Shown here piece after piece: positions 13,597-26,829 of a stretch of DNA of 64,000 bases. The translations under genes were made by a program, and so were the position numbers. Below the pieces are notes generated by a model. That model saw nothing but the letters and a program-made list of their open reading frames with translations, was not told the DNA's origin and searched no databases. Numbering within the stretch: position 1 is the first letter of the stretch; each line of letters begins with the position of its first letter. This DNA comes from Octopus sinensis (Eukaryota): the NCBI RefSeq assembly GCF_006345805.1, contig NC_042998.1, positions 116,622,001 to 116,686,000 on the forward strand, written 5' to 3'.

Positions 13597-14140
13597 CACA
13601 TCCTCTCTATATCGCCTAGTTAGAAATGACTCAGAAATACACATGCAGTGTTTTACACAAAGAGAGCTATTCAACACACAGGCACATCCACGCAGAACCA
13701 CACAAGTACACGCAGGTAGGAAGTGTGGCACGTGGGCCATTGATTCTGTAAATAAATAAGAGGAAACAAGAAAACATGAAGTAATATGAATTATGGAAAT
13801 TATATACTTCTTAGCTGGTGGCCCAAGTTTCTAGCTACGATTCTTCAGACAAACCTATGAGAGCGCGCGCGCGTATGTTTATGAATGTATTTGCGTGTGT
13901 GCTATGTTTTATTGTTTTATCCTTTAATTGTTTCGGTCATAATGCTGGGACAGAACTGCTTCGAGAAATTTTAATCTAACGAATCGACACTTTAAAGGTC
14001 TGATACTTATTATATAGGACTTTTTGCCGCCCCTACAAGATCCAAAGACGTAAACGCAGCAGCATTAATTTTCAGGTCATCTGGGGAGACAAAAACAAAC
14101 ACACAGACACACATTCATACAGACATAGACACACAAAGTG

Positions 14141-14174
<34 letters not shown>

Positions 14175-14175
14175 A

Positions 14176-14257
<82 letters not shown>

Positions 14258-14289
14258 GCATGTAAATAGATAGATAGACAGATATAGAT

Positions 14290-14417
14290 AAAACAGGTTT
14301 CTTTCAGTGTTACCCTACCAAATCTATTCACAAGCCTTTGGTTGGACTGACATTACTGAAACTTGAACTATGTGTTTAAGAATGACACATTTGCCAGCCA
14401 GCCATGCCTGCGCCTGC
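14290..14417 (-). mobile_element. Degenerate tRNA-derived SINE fragment
   Basis: TTCTTTCAGT...TACCAAATCTATTCACAAG...CAGCCATGCCTGCGCC end; matching head in + orientation at ~52045. Confidence 0.45.
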
Positions 14418-14699
14418 GTTTCTAAATGGGACATTCTTCAAAGTTGAGATGGTAGAATAGTTAAAAAGGGTAAGTGCAAACTTTTACATTCGTCATGCCT
14501 GCGTTAGCAACTGCAATTGAAGGCAAACACAAGCGCATATAAGCTCACACAAAGATTCACACACACGCGAGGGCAATCACAGAGACAAACACACACACAC
14601 ACACACGCATATACATATATACGGAATGAGAGTTTGGAGGAGGGGGCAATATGCGACAGAAACCATATAAAAGAAATACATGGAAAGATAAATGACAAT

Positions 14700-15700
14700 A
14701 AAATGAAAGGATAGGGCCAGTGTGGTGTGCAGGGAAATATTAATCCAGAGGGTAGAACAGAATAATAGTGTAAGTGTTAAAGGAGAAATTTTCATTTGAA
14801 ACAATGTTCATGAACCGTAAATTGGATATGACATTGCTATCCTCGACTGTGTTGAATACACTGATAAATGGCAACATTCGTTGATATTGGGAGCAACAAG
14901 ATGTCTTGACATACGTAATTGTATGCATTGAAAGCCTCCGAAAAAGTGATGAGCAAGTTTGTGGCCTGTTTTCCTAAGTTATACAAAACTGCATGGCCAT
15001 CTCACTTATACGTGCAAAAGAAGTTTCCAAAATGTTTTACTGTAACTTGCACCCAGTAATATAGTACCACTGATATGCTAGTGGTAGGCATTTGAATGTA
15101 ACTGGTTCTTTATGGCTAGGTGGTAACCGGATTTCACATCTTTATCAAAAGAGAGGGTTGATGGTGTGTGAAGAATTCCAAAGGTTATGGGGAGAGTGAT
15201 CGTGATACAAATGTGTTTACGGATCAATAGGAAGAATGATGAGGGGCACGTGAAGAAGTATTAAATCTAGTCTGCAGATGGTCGAAGAAAAATATTGCCA
15301 AGAAGTGATACGGTCACACCCGAATAATAGTAACCTTTCTTTACGAATTCATATAGCATTCCTTTACAGTGGTGATCGAAATCCGAATGAATGCAGTGGT
15401 ATTTGAGAATGCGATGTGAATGACAGACAGGCAATTTTAATACGCTTAGAGTGAGGAGAAAGTAGTGGAGATAGGAATAGATGGCGGGAGGATATGAAAG
15501 CGGATGTCTTTGATTCCGATAGAGATGCAGAGCAAATTAACAAATGTATCAAATTCGGTTGCAGTAAGTTCCAAGATAGTAAAATGGGTTAACGAGGGAG
15601 ATAAATACATCGAGCTGTTGACAGCAGAGGGTGGTAGAACGGACGCAGTCATCAATATTGTGACCGAACGTATCTGAGGACGGTCCTATAGATAAATTTA
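14700..15700 (-). mobile_element. Penelope-like element relic 2, heavily decayed
   Basis: IDDCVRSTTLCCQQLDVFISLVNPFY (RT YIDD region), IYSYLHY, HSDFDHHC...GYYYS, TLSFDKDVKSGYHL (cf. ISFKRDKNIGNFLV). Confidence 0.6.
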
Positions 15701-16419
15701 GAAACCTTAAAAAGTATATATGCGTGTGTGTTTGTATATATGGAAGCATGTATGTATGTGTGTATAGATAAGGCATTTTACCAAGATGCTAACCAATAAA
15801 AACAAATTTACAAATTCACAAACACGAGGTGTGCTACTAAGCAATTTGCTTATTGCGAACGTACATACATACATGCAACGCCCAGAAACAAATATGCGCG
15901 CGTTTATAAACACACACTCACAAAAATACACGCATAAAACACATACACACACAAAGTCTGCAAGAACTGAAATATTTGTTTTCTTTAAAAACGAAGCAGG
16001 TCAACTGAAAGAACACCTTTTTCAAATTCTCATATTTCAGTGTTCTGAAAATAACTTACTTAGCACTTGCCAAATCTAAACGTGATTGGTAAAAAGCCAA
16101 AAGGTTTACTAACAATCTAATAACAATTTGTCCGTCTGGTTTTAATACAATCAAGCTGTGAAATGTCCAGTTCCGTGTGGTAGTTGAAGAATAATATGAG
16201 ATCAATGACAATTCTCGGCCGATTTATTTACATATTTACGTACGTAGCCGAGATAGACAAACTTTCAATGCAGTTTTAAAAGGGCTTAACACTATTGCCA
16301 ATCAGATAAATCAATGGCGTCAAATACAAATTTAGGAAGTAGAAACAATAAGTTGTTTCCTATTGAAATAACTTAGGTAATTGTAGAAATTGCAATAACA
16401 TCGATAAATATTCTCTCGA

Positions 16420-18300
16420 TCTATTAAAAATGGTAATGGACGTACATACCATTATTGTATATGTATCTTTGCTGTCTGTTATATCATTGCATTGAAAGTT
16501 CACCTTATTGAGAACAACGCTTTAAATGATACAATTAAATATGTATACTACCTCAAGGTTATTATTACTGCGGTAGATTGGCAGAACACTAGAACTACGA
16601 GTAAGTTGCTATTAAAATCGACAGAATCGCTAGACGATGGCGGCTGTAGTGGTAAAATCGGTAGAGTGCAGGGAAAATTGCATTCATACGGCAGAGTTAC
16701 CAAAGTATCCTATAAAAGTTGTTGGCATATCTAGTTATCACTGTTTACCTTCTGAGATTAAGTCACACAAGTCGAATTTATATTCGTTTCATCTGTTTAG
16801 GGTTATTAAAATGGAGTTAACAGCTAAGTATTTGGCATGTGTAGTTCACTATATGCTTCACCAAATTTATGGCCCTACGACTATATCAGAAATCAATATA
16901 TTTAAAGCTTTCTATTTCTAATACAGTTTTGCGTTAAACATTTGTTACTCTTATTCAAAATGTAAAATAACCATGACCCTCATATTTCGTAGACCGTATA
17001 GATTTGGCATCTGAATATTGTACACAAAATATACTTTTCATTAGATTCTCACTTACTGTAAAATTAGTTACAAATACTTATGGAAAAAAGAGTTACCAAT
17101 ATTTAAGTTACGGATTAGAATTACACTTTGCTTAATTCGTGGCGTCTGCTAGAAGTCTAAGGAAGAAATGCAATATCTATTATATTACGCCGGACCAAAA
17201 TATGTTTCAAGTTTCCAAAAATAAACTCAGTATTTCTAATTCGGTCTTATCAAAATACATAAGACACCATACAATTTCACCAACCGCTTAAACCATTGAG
17301 GAAAATTGGAGTTGGCAGCGGAATATTTGTAGAAACGATATAGTAACATTATCACGAGCTGTGATAATGTTAGTTTAGTAGCGTGGATTGTCTCTTTGAG
17401 AAAATTATAGATTTGTATTTCAAGTAATAAGGCCTGACGATATTCTACCGCACGTTCTAAATTGTTCTATCGTCGGTAGCAAACGAAAATGACAGCTTTT
17501 TTTATAGGTACTTATTTAACAAGAGGCTAATTTACTAAATTCCGGCATTGAAACCGCTATCTTTATTGTAATATATGATTGACTTACATATTTGTTTTTA
17601 ACTTAATCCGGAAGAAATTGTCTTTACATGCTCTATTTCATTTGCATGGCTGATTATTCGCTCGAAGACCTTGAGACCAAATTTATTCCGAAAGATATAA
17701 ATAAATGCAATGGGAGAGGATTCTAAGCTAATGTTTTATCCATTGTTTGGTTCTTTTTTTCTATTTACTTCGGGAGTAAATATATTGATTTATTTAGGAT
17801 TTGAAAACGAAATCATTCTGTTGGTGTACAAGCGAACTGTTTGTTGTTTGAGTTAGAGTAGACCCGATAGTCAACCAGCCACTTATGTAGAGTGTTGCAG
17901 TACTTGTATTACAGAAAGGGTGAAAAGACATCATTTGTATGGTAGTAAATATTTCATACTACCCCAGGTATTTCTTGAGCTTACTAGGGGCTTAGATGTG
18001 ATAGATGTGGTTTCCATCTCTGATAGAAACCTATTCTTTGAAACGCATGTTTTATTAAGTTGCAGAAAACAAATATCCAGGACAGAGATCACCAGATTTC
18101 AGCAGAAGTCATCAGGCTTGCTATTTCTAGGATATCTTTTGAGAATCAGTTGGCGTGGCCAAGTCAGACGATTTTATTGTTGTGATGGCTGTGAATAAAT
18201 GTTTGTTATTCAAAATAATAACATTGCATTGTTCTTATGGTATAATACTTTCTATTTTGCTATCATAGTTGCTGCGTAGTTTGGAGGTGATGAATATAGA
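16420..18300 (+). pseudogene. Putative decayed single-exon TLR-like gene (signal peptide, LRRs, LRRCT, TM, TIR remnants in order)
   Basis: MVMDVHTIIVYVSLLSVISLH (~16430); VECRENCIHTAELPKYPIKVV; repeated KLSISN(T/S)VL at ~16905 and ~17223; SLRKL*ICISSNK (~17395); YFICMADYSLEDLETKFIPKDINKC (17634-17708); hydrophobic ANVLSIVWFFF; FILPQVFLELTRGLDV...SISDRNL. Confidence 0.45.
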
Positions 18301-18599
18301 TTGTGCATGGATGAGGACAGCGTGCAAAAGATTCAGTAGCTCTAAATGAAAACAAAAACTTGACATATAATGAGACACTAAACTACAAGACGAAAATGTC
18401 ATTAGGTTTTAATTTATACAGCATGTATCTATCAAACGGTATCTTGCAACAAAAACAAACGTCGACTGACGGATAATACTTGTGCAAATACATCACTGAT
18501 AAAATGTACATTGCTCAAAAAAGATATCTCAAACATAATAGAACTGCAGAACGTTATATTGGAACTAGTATTTTAAAGTATTTGTAGTACATTCATTCT

Positions 18600-19479
18600 G
18601 ACAGATGAAATAATTAAGATGGAAAAAAATTATGATTTTTCACGGAATGCATTATCATGGGATATAGGGAAGGCATATCCCTAGATCATCTGCGGGAGTT
18701 TGTAGTGATGGAAACATTCAAGGGACTTCAATGCTTGGTGACCCATACTAAAACGCAATGTTTATGTTAACAGAAGTGATTTGAACGCCGACATCGTCTT
18801 ATTACACGACTAGGCAATGCAGATTAACCTGGAAAATGAGAGAGTTTGCAGTGGCAAGACACAGACAAAACAATAATTTGCTTTGCATATAATTATCTAG
18901 CAGGAATGCATATTTGCTAAAATTCACCCAGCTGCTTAAAATAAGAATTTTGTTTTTGTAGATATCAGATTTCATAAATACCCTTCAGCTAAATTTGTAT
19001 CTACTTGGTAAAAATGAATCAGTAGAGATGCATATTTGACTATTATCTCGTTTATCTACTTTGCTATTACAATTTAGTCATAAATGAATTACATTTACTG
19101 CCAGGAACATTTCATATTAAACTGGTGGAGCTACGATAATTTTGATGATGTTCAATCGCATAATATTGGGTAACTAAAGTATTTAGCAATGGATGTGTTG
19201 TAAGTAGATTTATTATAAAATTGTAGGATACTGCAATAGGTAGAAATATTTTTGCTGCAGAGTAACGGCACAATTTGATTGTTCAAAGAAACGTAGTTAG
19301 TAAACCGAGCTCTTAAAGATATAGCCCTGCCTAAATGAAGGAAATATTCTGTTATTTGCTACATAACGAGTCAGTCTCTTATCAGTTATACTGATATCTT
19401 TCTTATGATTGAATAACTTCAGCATTATATATGTATGTGTGTGTATGTGTGAGTGAACGTAAGTGTATATATAGATATG

Positions 19480-19518
<39 letters not shown>

Positions 19519-19546
19519 TTATACATAATTACACACACACACACGC

Positions 19547-19577
<31 letters not shown>

Positions 19578-19760
19578 ATATATGTATGTATGTATATACA
19601 TCGTGTTTTCAGATTATAAAATTGGTCATATCTATTATCTTTAGATATGTTGTATCTTTGAAAGATTATAACGGAAATAATTCTAAACTGTCAAGCTATA
19701 ACGAGATATGTCTGCAAACATACAAACTCTGTTTATTGTTCGAGATGTTTGGTATTCATA
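18600..19760 (+). pseudogene. Putative decayed TLR-like relic interrupted by microsatellite
   Basis: LSRLSTLLLQFSH/NELHLLPGTFHIKLVELR (19043-19136, one frameshift; LRR); YKLCL followed after a 1-nt shift by VRD at ~19720-19745 (cf. TIR KLCLH.RDF). Confidence 0.35.
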
Positions 19761-19881
19761 CAACAACAAAAACAACAATTACTACTACCACTAATAATAA
19801 TACCAACACTAATATTAGTACTAATAGAACAACTACTACTACTACAATTACTACTGTTACTGCTGCTACTACTATTATTGC

Positions 19882-19950
<69 letters not shown>

Positions 19951-19976
19951 TAATATTAATAATAATAATAGTAATA

Positions 19977-20014
<38 letters not shown>

Positions 20015-20040
20015 AATGATGAGGATGAGGTTCATGATAT
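19750..20040. repeat. Compound trinucleotide microsatellite (ACA/ACT/AAT/GAT)
   Basis: Direct reading; explains poly-T/N/D ORFs in this interval. Confidence 0.95.
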
Positions 20041-20211
20041 AAATATATATTATGACAAATTCGACGAGGAAAAAATAAGAAATAAAGAACACATTTAAAT
20101 TTAAAGAGGAAACTCTCATAATTCTTAATTGAACTTTGTTATCTAACGGTGTAAGTAGTATTCCCGCTGATCTGAGATTTATGATAATGATGATGAATTT
20201 CTTCTTAACGT

Positions 20212-20298
<87 letters not shown>

Positions 20299-20500
20299 AC
20301 TTTCACTTTGGTACAAATGTATAGTCTGCGTTGCATATGTTTTAAAGGAGTTACAAGTAAACCAGAATGAAAAGTAATATTACGGGAAAGAATGATTTTG
20401 AGAGGAATTGTGAAATATGTATATGTGTGTGTATATATGTATATATACATATATATATTATATAATATTATATATATATATATATTTAATATATCATATA

Positions 20501-20547
<47 letters not shown>

Positions 20548-20748
20548 TTATATATGTATATATAAATAATATATCATATATATATATGTATACATATATA
20601 TATATATATATACATACATATATGTACTTGTATATATACATATATAATATATATATATATTATATAATATTAGGGAATAAATCCAAATTTACAGGGAAAA
20701 ATCAGATTTAGGATTGAATCGAATTTTATAGTAAAATATTATATAATA

Positions 20749-21047
<299 letters not shown>

Positions 21048-21169
21048 TATATATAATATATATATATATACATACATATATACATATATATATATATACC
21101 GGAGTGAACACATAAATGTGAAACAAGGTGGAAAAATGAGTACTCAAATACCAGTGGTAGAGTAATATG

Positions 21170-21305
21170 CTTTATTTAAATCAGCAGATAATTCAACAAA
21201 ATTATATTATATTAAATTATATTAACACTAATATTAGTGTTAGTATTATTATTAATGGTAGTAGTAATTGTTGTTTTTGTTGAATTTTCTGCTGCTTTAA
21301 ATAAA

Positions 21306-21306
<1 letters not shown>
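21170..21306. repeat. 32-bp inverted repeat enclosing a perfect 20-bp palindrome
   Basis: CTTTATTTAAATCAGCAGATAATTCAACAAAA (21170-21201) vs 21275-21306 (2 mismatches); TAACACTAATATTAGTGTTA at ~21222-21241. Confidence 0.85.
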
Positions 21307-21343
<37 letters not shown>

Positions 21344-21781
21344 CATTCAAATATATTTATCTTTCATTATGGAAAACATAATGTAGTTGTAAATTTTAGA
21401 AAACTCTGGTTTAGTAAAAAGTAAAATGTAATACAATATTAAATGTGCGAACGGCCGGCTGGCTGGATCCTTACCACTCGTGTGAAGATGCATAGTGACA
21501 TTTCTTGCTGCTTTACTATCTAAGATGAAAGAATATCGAGTTTGCCTTTCAAAATTGGGGTGGGGGGTGAAATAATAACGACTTGAGCACTAGGGTCCAT
21601 ATATAACACACTCGCAACAGCGTTTCAAGTCGTTGATCTATAGCGGAAATGTTTCAATATATATGTGAGCGCTACATCATCTGCATGATGTGGAAAATAT
21701 TCCATCATTCTTTAAGCCTTCTGTCCCACCATACCATGAAGAAGTTGGCCACATCACCAGCGATACTAACACGTAAAGAAA

Positions 21782-23108
21782 ATGATCGCACATGCACTAG
21801 GAGCTAGTATAAGAGTTACCCTAAAAGGCCACACATTTAAATTTAATAATAAAATATATGCCCAGGACGAGGGGGCAGCCATCGGTGTTAGTATCGCTGG
21901 TGATGTGGCCAACCTCTTCATGGTATGGTGGGACAGAAGGTTTAAAGATTGCCTACTGCAGAAATCCATACTCGTAAACATGTACTCTCGCTATGTTGAT
22001 GGCATCCCCACAAGAGAGTAATGTTGATATAGTAATAGAAACTAATACTATGGAGAGCATCCAGCAAATAGCTAACTCCATCCACCAGAGTATTAAGGTC
22101 ACAATAGACTACCCCACTAAACATCCCAACCATAGACTACCAGTACTAGACACTGAACTCTGGCTAGAAATTGTGAAAAATAAACCCCAAATCCTTCATT
22201 CATACTATGCAAAACCTATGGCCTCAAAATATCTGATCCACCGGAACTTAGCCATTGCGGGCAATGCCAAATTCAATATTTTGATGGCAGACCTCGTCAG
22301 AATAATGAGAAATGTGTCACGCATGTGCGAGCCTACAGAATTAAAGAGACACATACAGTATTTCATTCACCGCATGCAGTTCTCAGGTTACAGCCATAAA
22401 GAAAGGATCAGAGTATACAAAGGAGCCATGAAGAAATTTGATAAATTATTATGTAATGATAGGAATGGGATTTGCCCACTCTATAGGAACAAGTCATGGA
22501 ACACTATAGAAAGGACAAAAAAGAAAATAGGGAAGGCCAACTCTTGGTATGCTAGCCATAAATACCAGAGTGTCATGTTCGTTGACACCACCCCTGGATG
22601 TGAACTGGCGTACCGCTTTAGAAGGACCCTAGATAAACTTAAACTAAGAATTAAGGTTGTTGAAAAGCCAGGCAACCCTATCAGATCTATAATTGGTAGA
22701 ACCTATCCTTTTAGTAGAACCCTCTGTACGGATAACTATTGCACTGTATGTAGATTTAGCCCACAAACAAACTGTAAAGCCAGAAATGTGGTCTATAGTA
22801 TAAGATGTATAGAGGGACGATGCAGTAACAAGACAGTAACATACGTAGGGGAAACAGCAAGAAGCATTGGAGAGCGGGTGAATGAACATTGGAGACAACT
22901 CAAGGAAGGTAAGAGCTCATCGATTCTGTACCAACACGCCGAACAGGAACACGGGGGATCAATCAATAACATAGAGATTAAGATATTGTCCACACATAGA
23001 ACAGATGCAACAATTAGACAAATTACAGAAGCTACACGTATAATAGAAAATAAACCTAGCCTGAATAGAAAACTAGAATGGAGCAATAGCACACACCACA
23101 ACATATGA
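21782..23108 (+). pseudogene. PLE reverse transcriptase (partial) + GIY-YIG endonuclease, one frameshift near 22000-22020
   Basis: FKFNNKIYAQDEGAAIGVSIAGDVANLFMVWWD...YSRYVDG (YVDD motif broken at the junction); 371-aa ORF 21993-23108 with DYPTKHPNHRLPVLDTELW, CTDNYCTVC linker, NVVYSIRC...TYVGETARSIGERVNEH, RQITEA...LNRKLEW. Confidence 0.9.
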
Positions 23109-23234
23109 TGATAGTGGAACCTGCAAACATAATAAATACACAGATAATTAAAGAAATAGAAATGAATAACTATATATATGTATATGTATCTATGTATGTA
23201 TATGTGAATATATATATATATGTATATGTGTATA

Positions 23235-23282
<48 letters not shown>

Positions 23283-23598
23283 TCGATTAGATTTATTATT
23301 ATTATTACTAATATTGTTGTTATACATACATACAAGCATATGTAATGATAATAATGGGTGGATGTAAACACATGAGCAAAATTAGAACAAAAGCAACAAC
23401 AACAAAAACAAAATACAAATTTCATGATTGTATATAAACAGAAGATACAAATATTACAGGCATCCCCCCACACACACGCACTAAATAAAAATAGACGCAC
23501 ATAGAGATATAAGCATGCGCAAATGAAGACATACAATAGAAATACAAAATGGCTGACGGTTAGTAAGGAGAGACACAAATAAGTGAGAAGAAAACAAA

Positions 23599-23643
23599 GG
23601 ACCACTGATGCGGTCACAGGAGTGTGACGAAAGAACTTTGGCC
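23599..23643 (+). ncRNA. Minimal type I hammerhead ribozyme motif in PLE 3' region
   Basis: GGACCA-CUGAUGC-G-GUCAC(AGGAGU)GUGAC-GAA-AG(AA)CU-U-UGGCC: perfect 5-bp stem II, 2-bp stem III, CUU triplet, stem I 3 bp plus a mismatch plus 1 bp; A9 is C. Confidence 0.6.
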
Positions 23644-24040
23644 GAAATAAGATTAAGATTAATGTAAAAATAAATATCACTGAAGCAAAATAACACCAAA
23701 TATATAGTGCGTGTGTTTTTATTGGCTAAACTGGCAATATGACCATTCCGAAATATAACAATATATATATATATATATTATATATATATATATGTATATA
23801 TATATCCGTTTTTATTTGTCTGTTTTTTCTTCGCTTATAACTCGGGCATTGTTTATCCGAAGGCGCTGAAATTTCAAAGATAGATACATGAGAAAGCGAG
23901 GCGTTCCGTAATTTCAAAAGATTTTCAAATTTGGCAGTTTCAAATTGAGAATTGCTATTTTTGTAATCCTTATGGAATGTTCATCTCATGATTAAAACTT
24001 ATATTTTTATTTTCATTCGAAACAACTATTACGCCACCCG

Positions 24041-25170
24041 TTGTTCTTACCACCACTAGTGAAAATCGAAATAGAATAACTTAAAATAACAGTCATTAAA
24101 TGCAAAACCAAACAACTGTTAATCGTTTAAATATCACGTGCAATATTCACTTTGGAGATAAGACAGCGTTCTGTCAAACGTATAGGTGCATTGTGCTTAT
24201 CCTAATTCACATCGATTTAACTGGAAGGTTCATATAGATTGTCTCTCTGCCAAGCAAACTTTTTACATTACTTTTTGTCCTGATTCTTCCGCCACCCTGT
24301 TCATTAACCGGCGTTCTAAACAATTAATTTCTACATTTTTCACATTTAAATGACAGATATATGTAAATAAACCTTGTTATTTGTAAATGCAGTCTCATTT
24401 TGATGTAAATATTAGACCAAGAACAACTGTATTCATTTGTGCGTTTTCACACTTTGGAAAGCGGCTAAAAAATCGATATCACTCTAACTTTAATTGACTG
24501 TAATGCGCCACGTGAATTCACGGTCAAATGTGTTCTTACGACTGTTTTTCGTGCAATAAACCAGCTGACATGAAAAACTTATAGGAAAAGTCATTTACTT
24601 TAAGTGAGCAAAAAAGTGAAAATAAAGCAAATATATAACTGGTGATTACTCAATTTTCTGAAGATATTCTCAACAGAATTCAATTGAAAGTAAAAAAAGA
24701 CTAATTGATTGCTTATAAAACGTGAAAACTTTGGTGGGGTTACATCCAAAACCTTGCCTAACGTTTATCATCCAACTTTAAAAAATATGCGGTATTTTTC
24801 AATGTTTGAGATAAAATTGTTTGCAAACAACATGTCTTATGTTATTTTATTGTATTGCACATTGTGTTATTTCACTTCCGAGATGCAACACTCTTTGCGT
24901 GAGTTTTTGAGAGAAGAGAGACTTCCCTTTATTGAGTAGCAATTTCTGTTTGCTTGCCCATCGTGTGCTTAAAACTTTCATTTATATTTTTATTCGGAAC
25001 TAATTTATTAATCCCTTTGTTCTTACCACTACACCAGTGAAAATCGAAATAATATACGTAAAGCAACAGTCGACAAATGCAAAAGCCAAAGAGTTGTTTA
25101 TTGCTCGTTCAGTCTGACGTATAGGTGCCGTACAGGTGCCGTATAGGTATGCTTATCATAATGCGAAAGT
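24041..25170 (+). repeat. Diverged direct repeat pair (~24041-24215 and ~25017-25165)
   Basis: Shared anchors TTGTTCTTACCAC, GTGAAAATCGAAATA, AAATGCAAAA and ACGTATAGGTGC at ~940-976 bp offset. Confidence 0.75.
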
Positions 25171-25883
25171 GAGTGCAAAAAGTTTAAGGTTAATTATGAT
25201 GTCCGATTCCATTGGAATTTGTATATATTGTGGGCTTTACTTGCTTTTTTTTTTGAACTCAAGACAATTTTGAATAGGTTCACTGTGTTAAGATTCTCTA
25301 TCAATCCATTTTCCTTATTTAGAAGAATCTGTCAACAATTTTAACGTTTCAGGGATATCTAATGCTCTAAACAAAAGTAATAGCCCCACACAATCACCAA
25401 ACATCTCCACAACTTAACACCGTCCAAGTTAACCCTCTTCACCTATACTAACTTTCCAATGGACGGGGGTGGGTGTTTCCTAGTATATATATATATAATT
25501 GTGTGTATGTGTTGTGTGAGCGTGTCAGTGTTCGGTGTTCGTGTGTGTGTGCTTGCGGTGTGTGTATATGTGTGAATGTATATATATATTTTTGTTGATG
25601 AATGAGAGAAAAAGTTAGCGGTTAGTTTACTCCTAAAATAGCAGCCAAATGTTGATTGAATTACACAGTACAGACTGAAAAAAAAACAAGAAACACGAAC
25701 TGGTGAATATATCTTCCGACATAAGATGTGATAAAATAAATCACAACTTCACCACTGTATAGTTTAGAAACTACTCTAAACTGATGTAGACAGTATGTTC
25801 TTTGTCTATCTTCTTAACTTCTTGGAGATTTTAGGTATAATTATACTAACGTGTCTATCTGTTCTAATTTAATAAAATTCTTT

Positions 25884-25962
25884 GTGCACCTGAAGATTGC
25901 TCTGCATTTTAAATCGATGTAATAATTGCATTGTTCAATTGCATGAAACGATCGTACTGCAT
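25884..25962 (+). ncRNA. Weaker hammerhead candidate with extended stem II
   Basis: GUGCAC-CUGAAGA-(48 nt)-GAA-ACGAUCGU-A-CUGCAU: intact core, palindromic stem III, GUA triplet, stem I with C.C mismatch at the junction; stem II pairing unclear. Confidence 0.35.
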
Positions 25963-26829
25963 TACCTCTGGATATCCTTGTTGATTATTTTGATCTTAAT
26001 CACTTTATTTTGAATATGGTACTTAAGTACCATATTCATCTGAATCTCTCTCTCTCTCTATCTATTTACATGTATATATATATATAATATATATATATAC
26101 ATGTGTGTGTGTGTGTGGAGTGTCTTCAGTTATAATACGCCTATAAGAAGTATTACCTTCCGACGAATACTATGATGTTAATATACATGTGTCCCTACTG
26201 ATCGATGTTACTTATATTTTTCATCTACTCGTCAAACTATCTTTCTGTGTGTGCTTGTGTCCGTGTGTATGTGTGTGTGTATATATACAGATGTTACATA
26301 GACACAAATGAACAGATCTATTTAGAAATAGAAATATTACGAAACGTACTACCAAGTTACATCGGGCACTTATGATAATAAATAAAAATCAATGTTGGTG
26401 TCAACATTTAAACTTAACGATCAGTAAACACGCTATTTCATTTTACTCGGGCATCCTGATATAAGCAACGATCAATAGAGATCAATGAATGTAAAAGATT
26501 CTTTTATGAACTCCAGAAGCTCAAACATTTCTATTATGTAACAATTCTTTCTGAATAACATCAACAATGTATGGAAAGTGATAAAATTAATCAAAGGATA
26601 TTGCCTACACCATTTAATCGAAACTCTGATTATATATAAATACAGAAACGTTCATATGGACATCTACACGCACACTTCTAAAAATATGTATGAATGAACA
26701 CACACATATATGTTTATGTAGATCTGTGTGTGTGTCTGTGTGTGTGTGTATAACGTAGATGTGTTACGGCCAAAGACCGGCTCAAAACATGCCTACGTTT
26801 ATAGCACCACATGATACAGTATGTTTAGT

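Larger units (their letters stand above)
21709..23650 (+). mobile_element. Penelope-like element 3, 5'-truncated, with 5' inverted duplication and 3' hammerhead motif
   Basis: RT, thumb and GIY-YIG ORFs (next entry), inverted copy of 21885-21948 at 21709-21772, HHR at 23599-23643. Confidence 0.92.

Noticed and set aside
19586-20119. 170-aa and 128-aa ORFs with poly-T/N/D or poly-I
   Set aside because: Trinucleotide microsatellite; only the first ~50 codons may relate to a TIR remnant.
21476-21545. Hammerhead-like ACUCG...UGAAGA...GAAA...CGAGU upstream of PLE 3
   Set aside because: C3 missing and stem II/III not closable.
23108-23600. SECIS element or selenoprotein recoding, as known for some Naiad PLEs
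   Set aside because: No in-frame UGA within the ORF, and the AUGA hairpin at ~23424 lacks the 3' GA quartet.
22793-23680. 295-aa minus-strand ORF
   Set aside because: Antisense shadow of the PLE ORF plus microsatellite.
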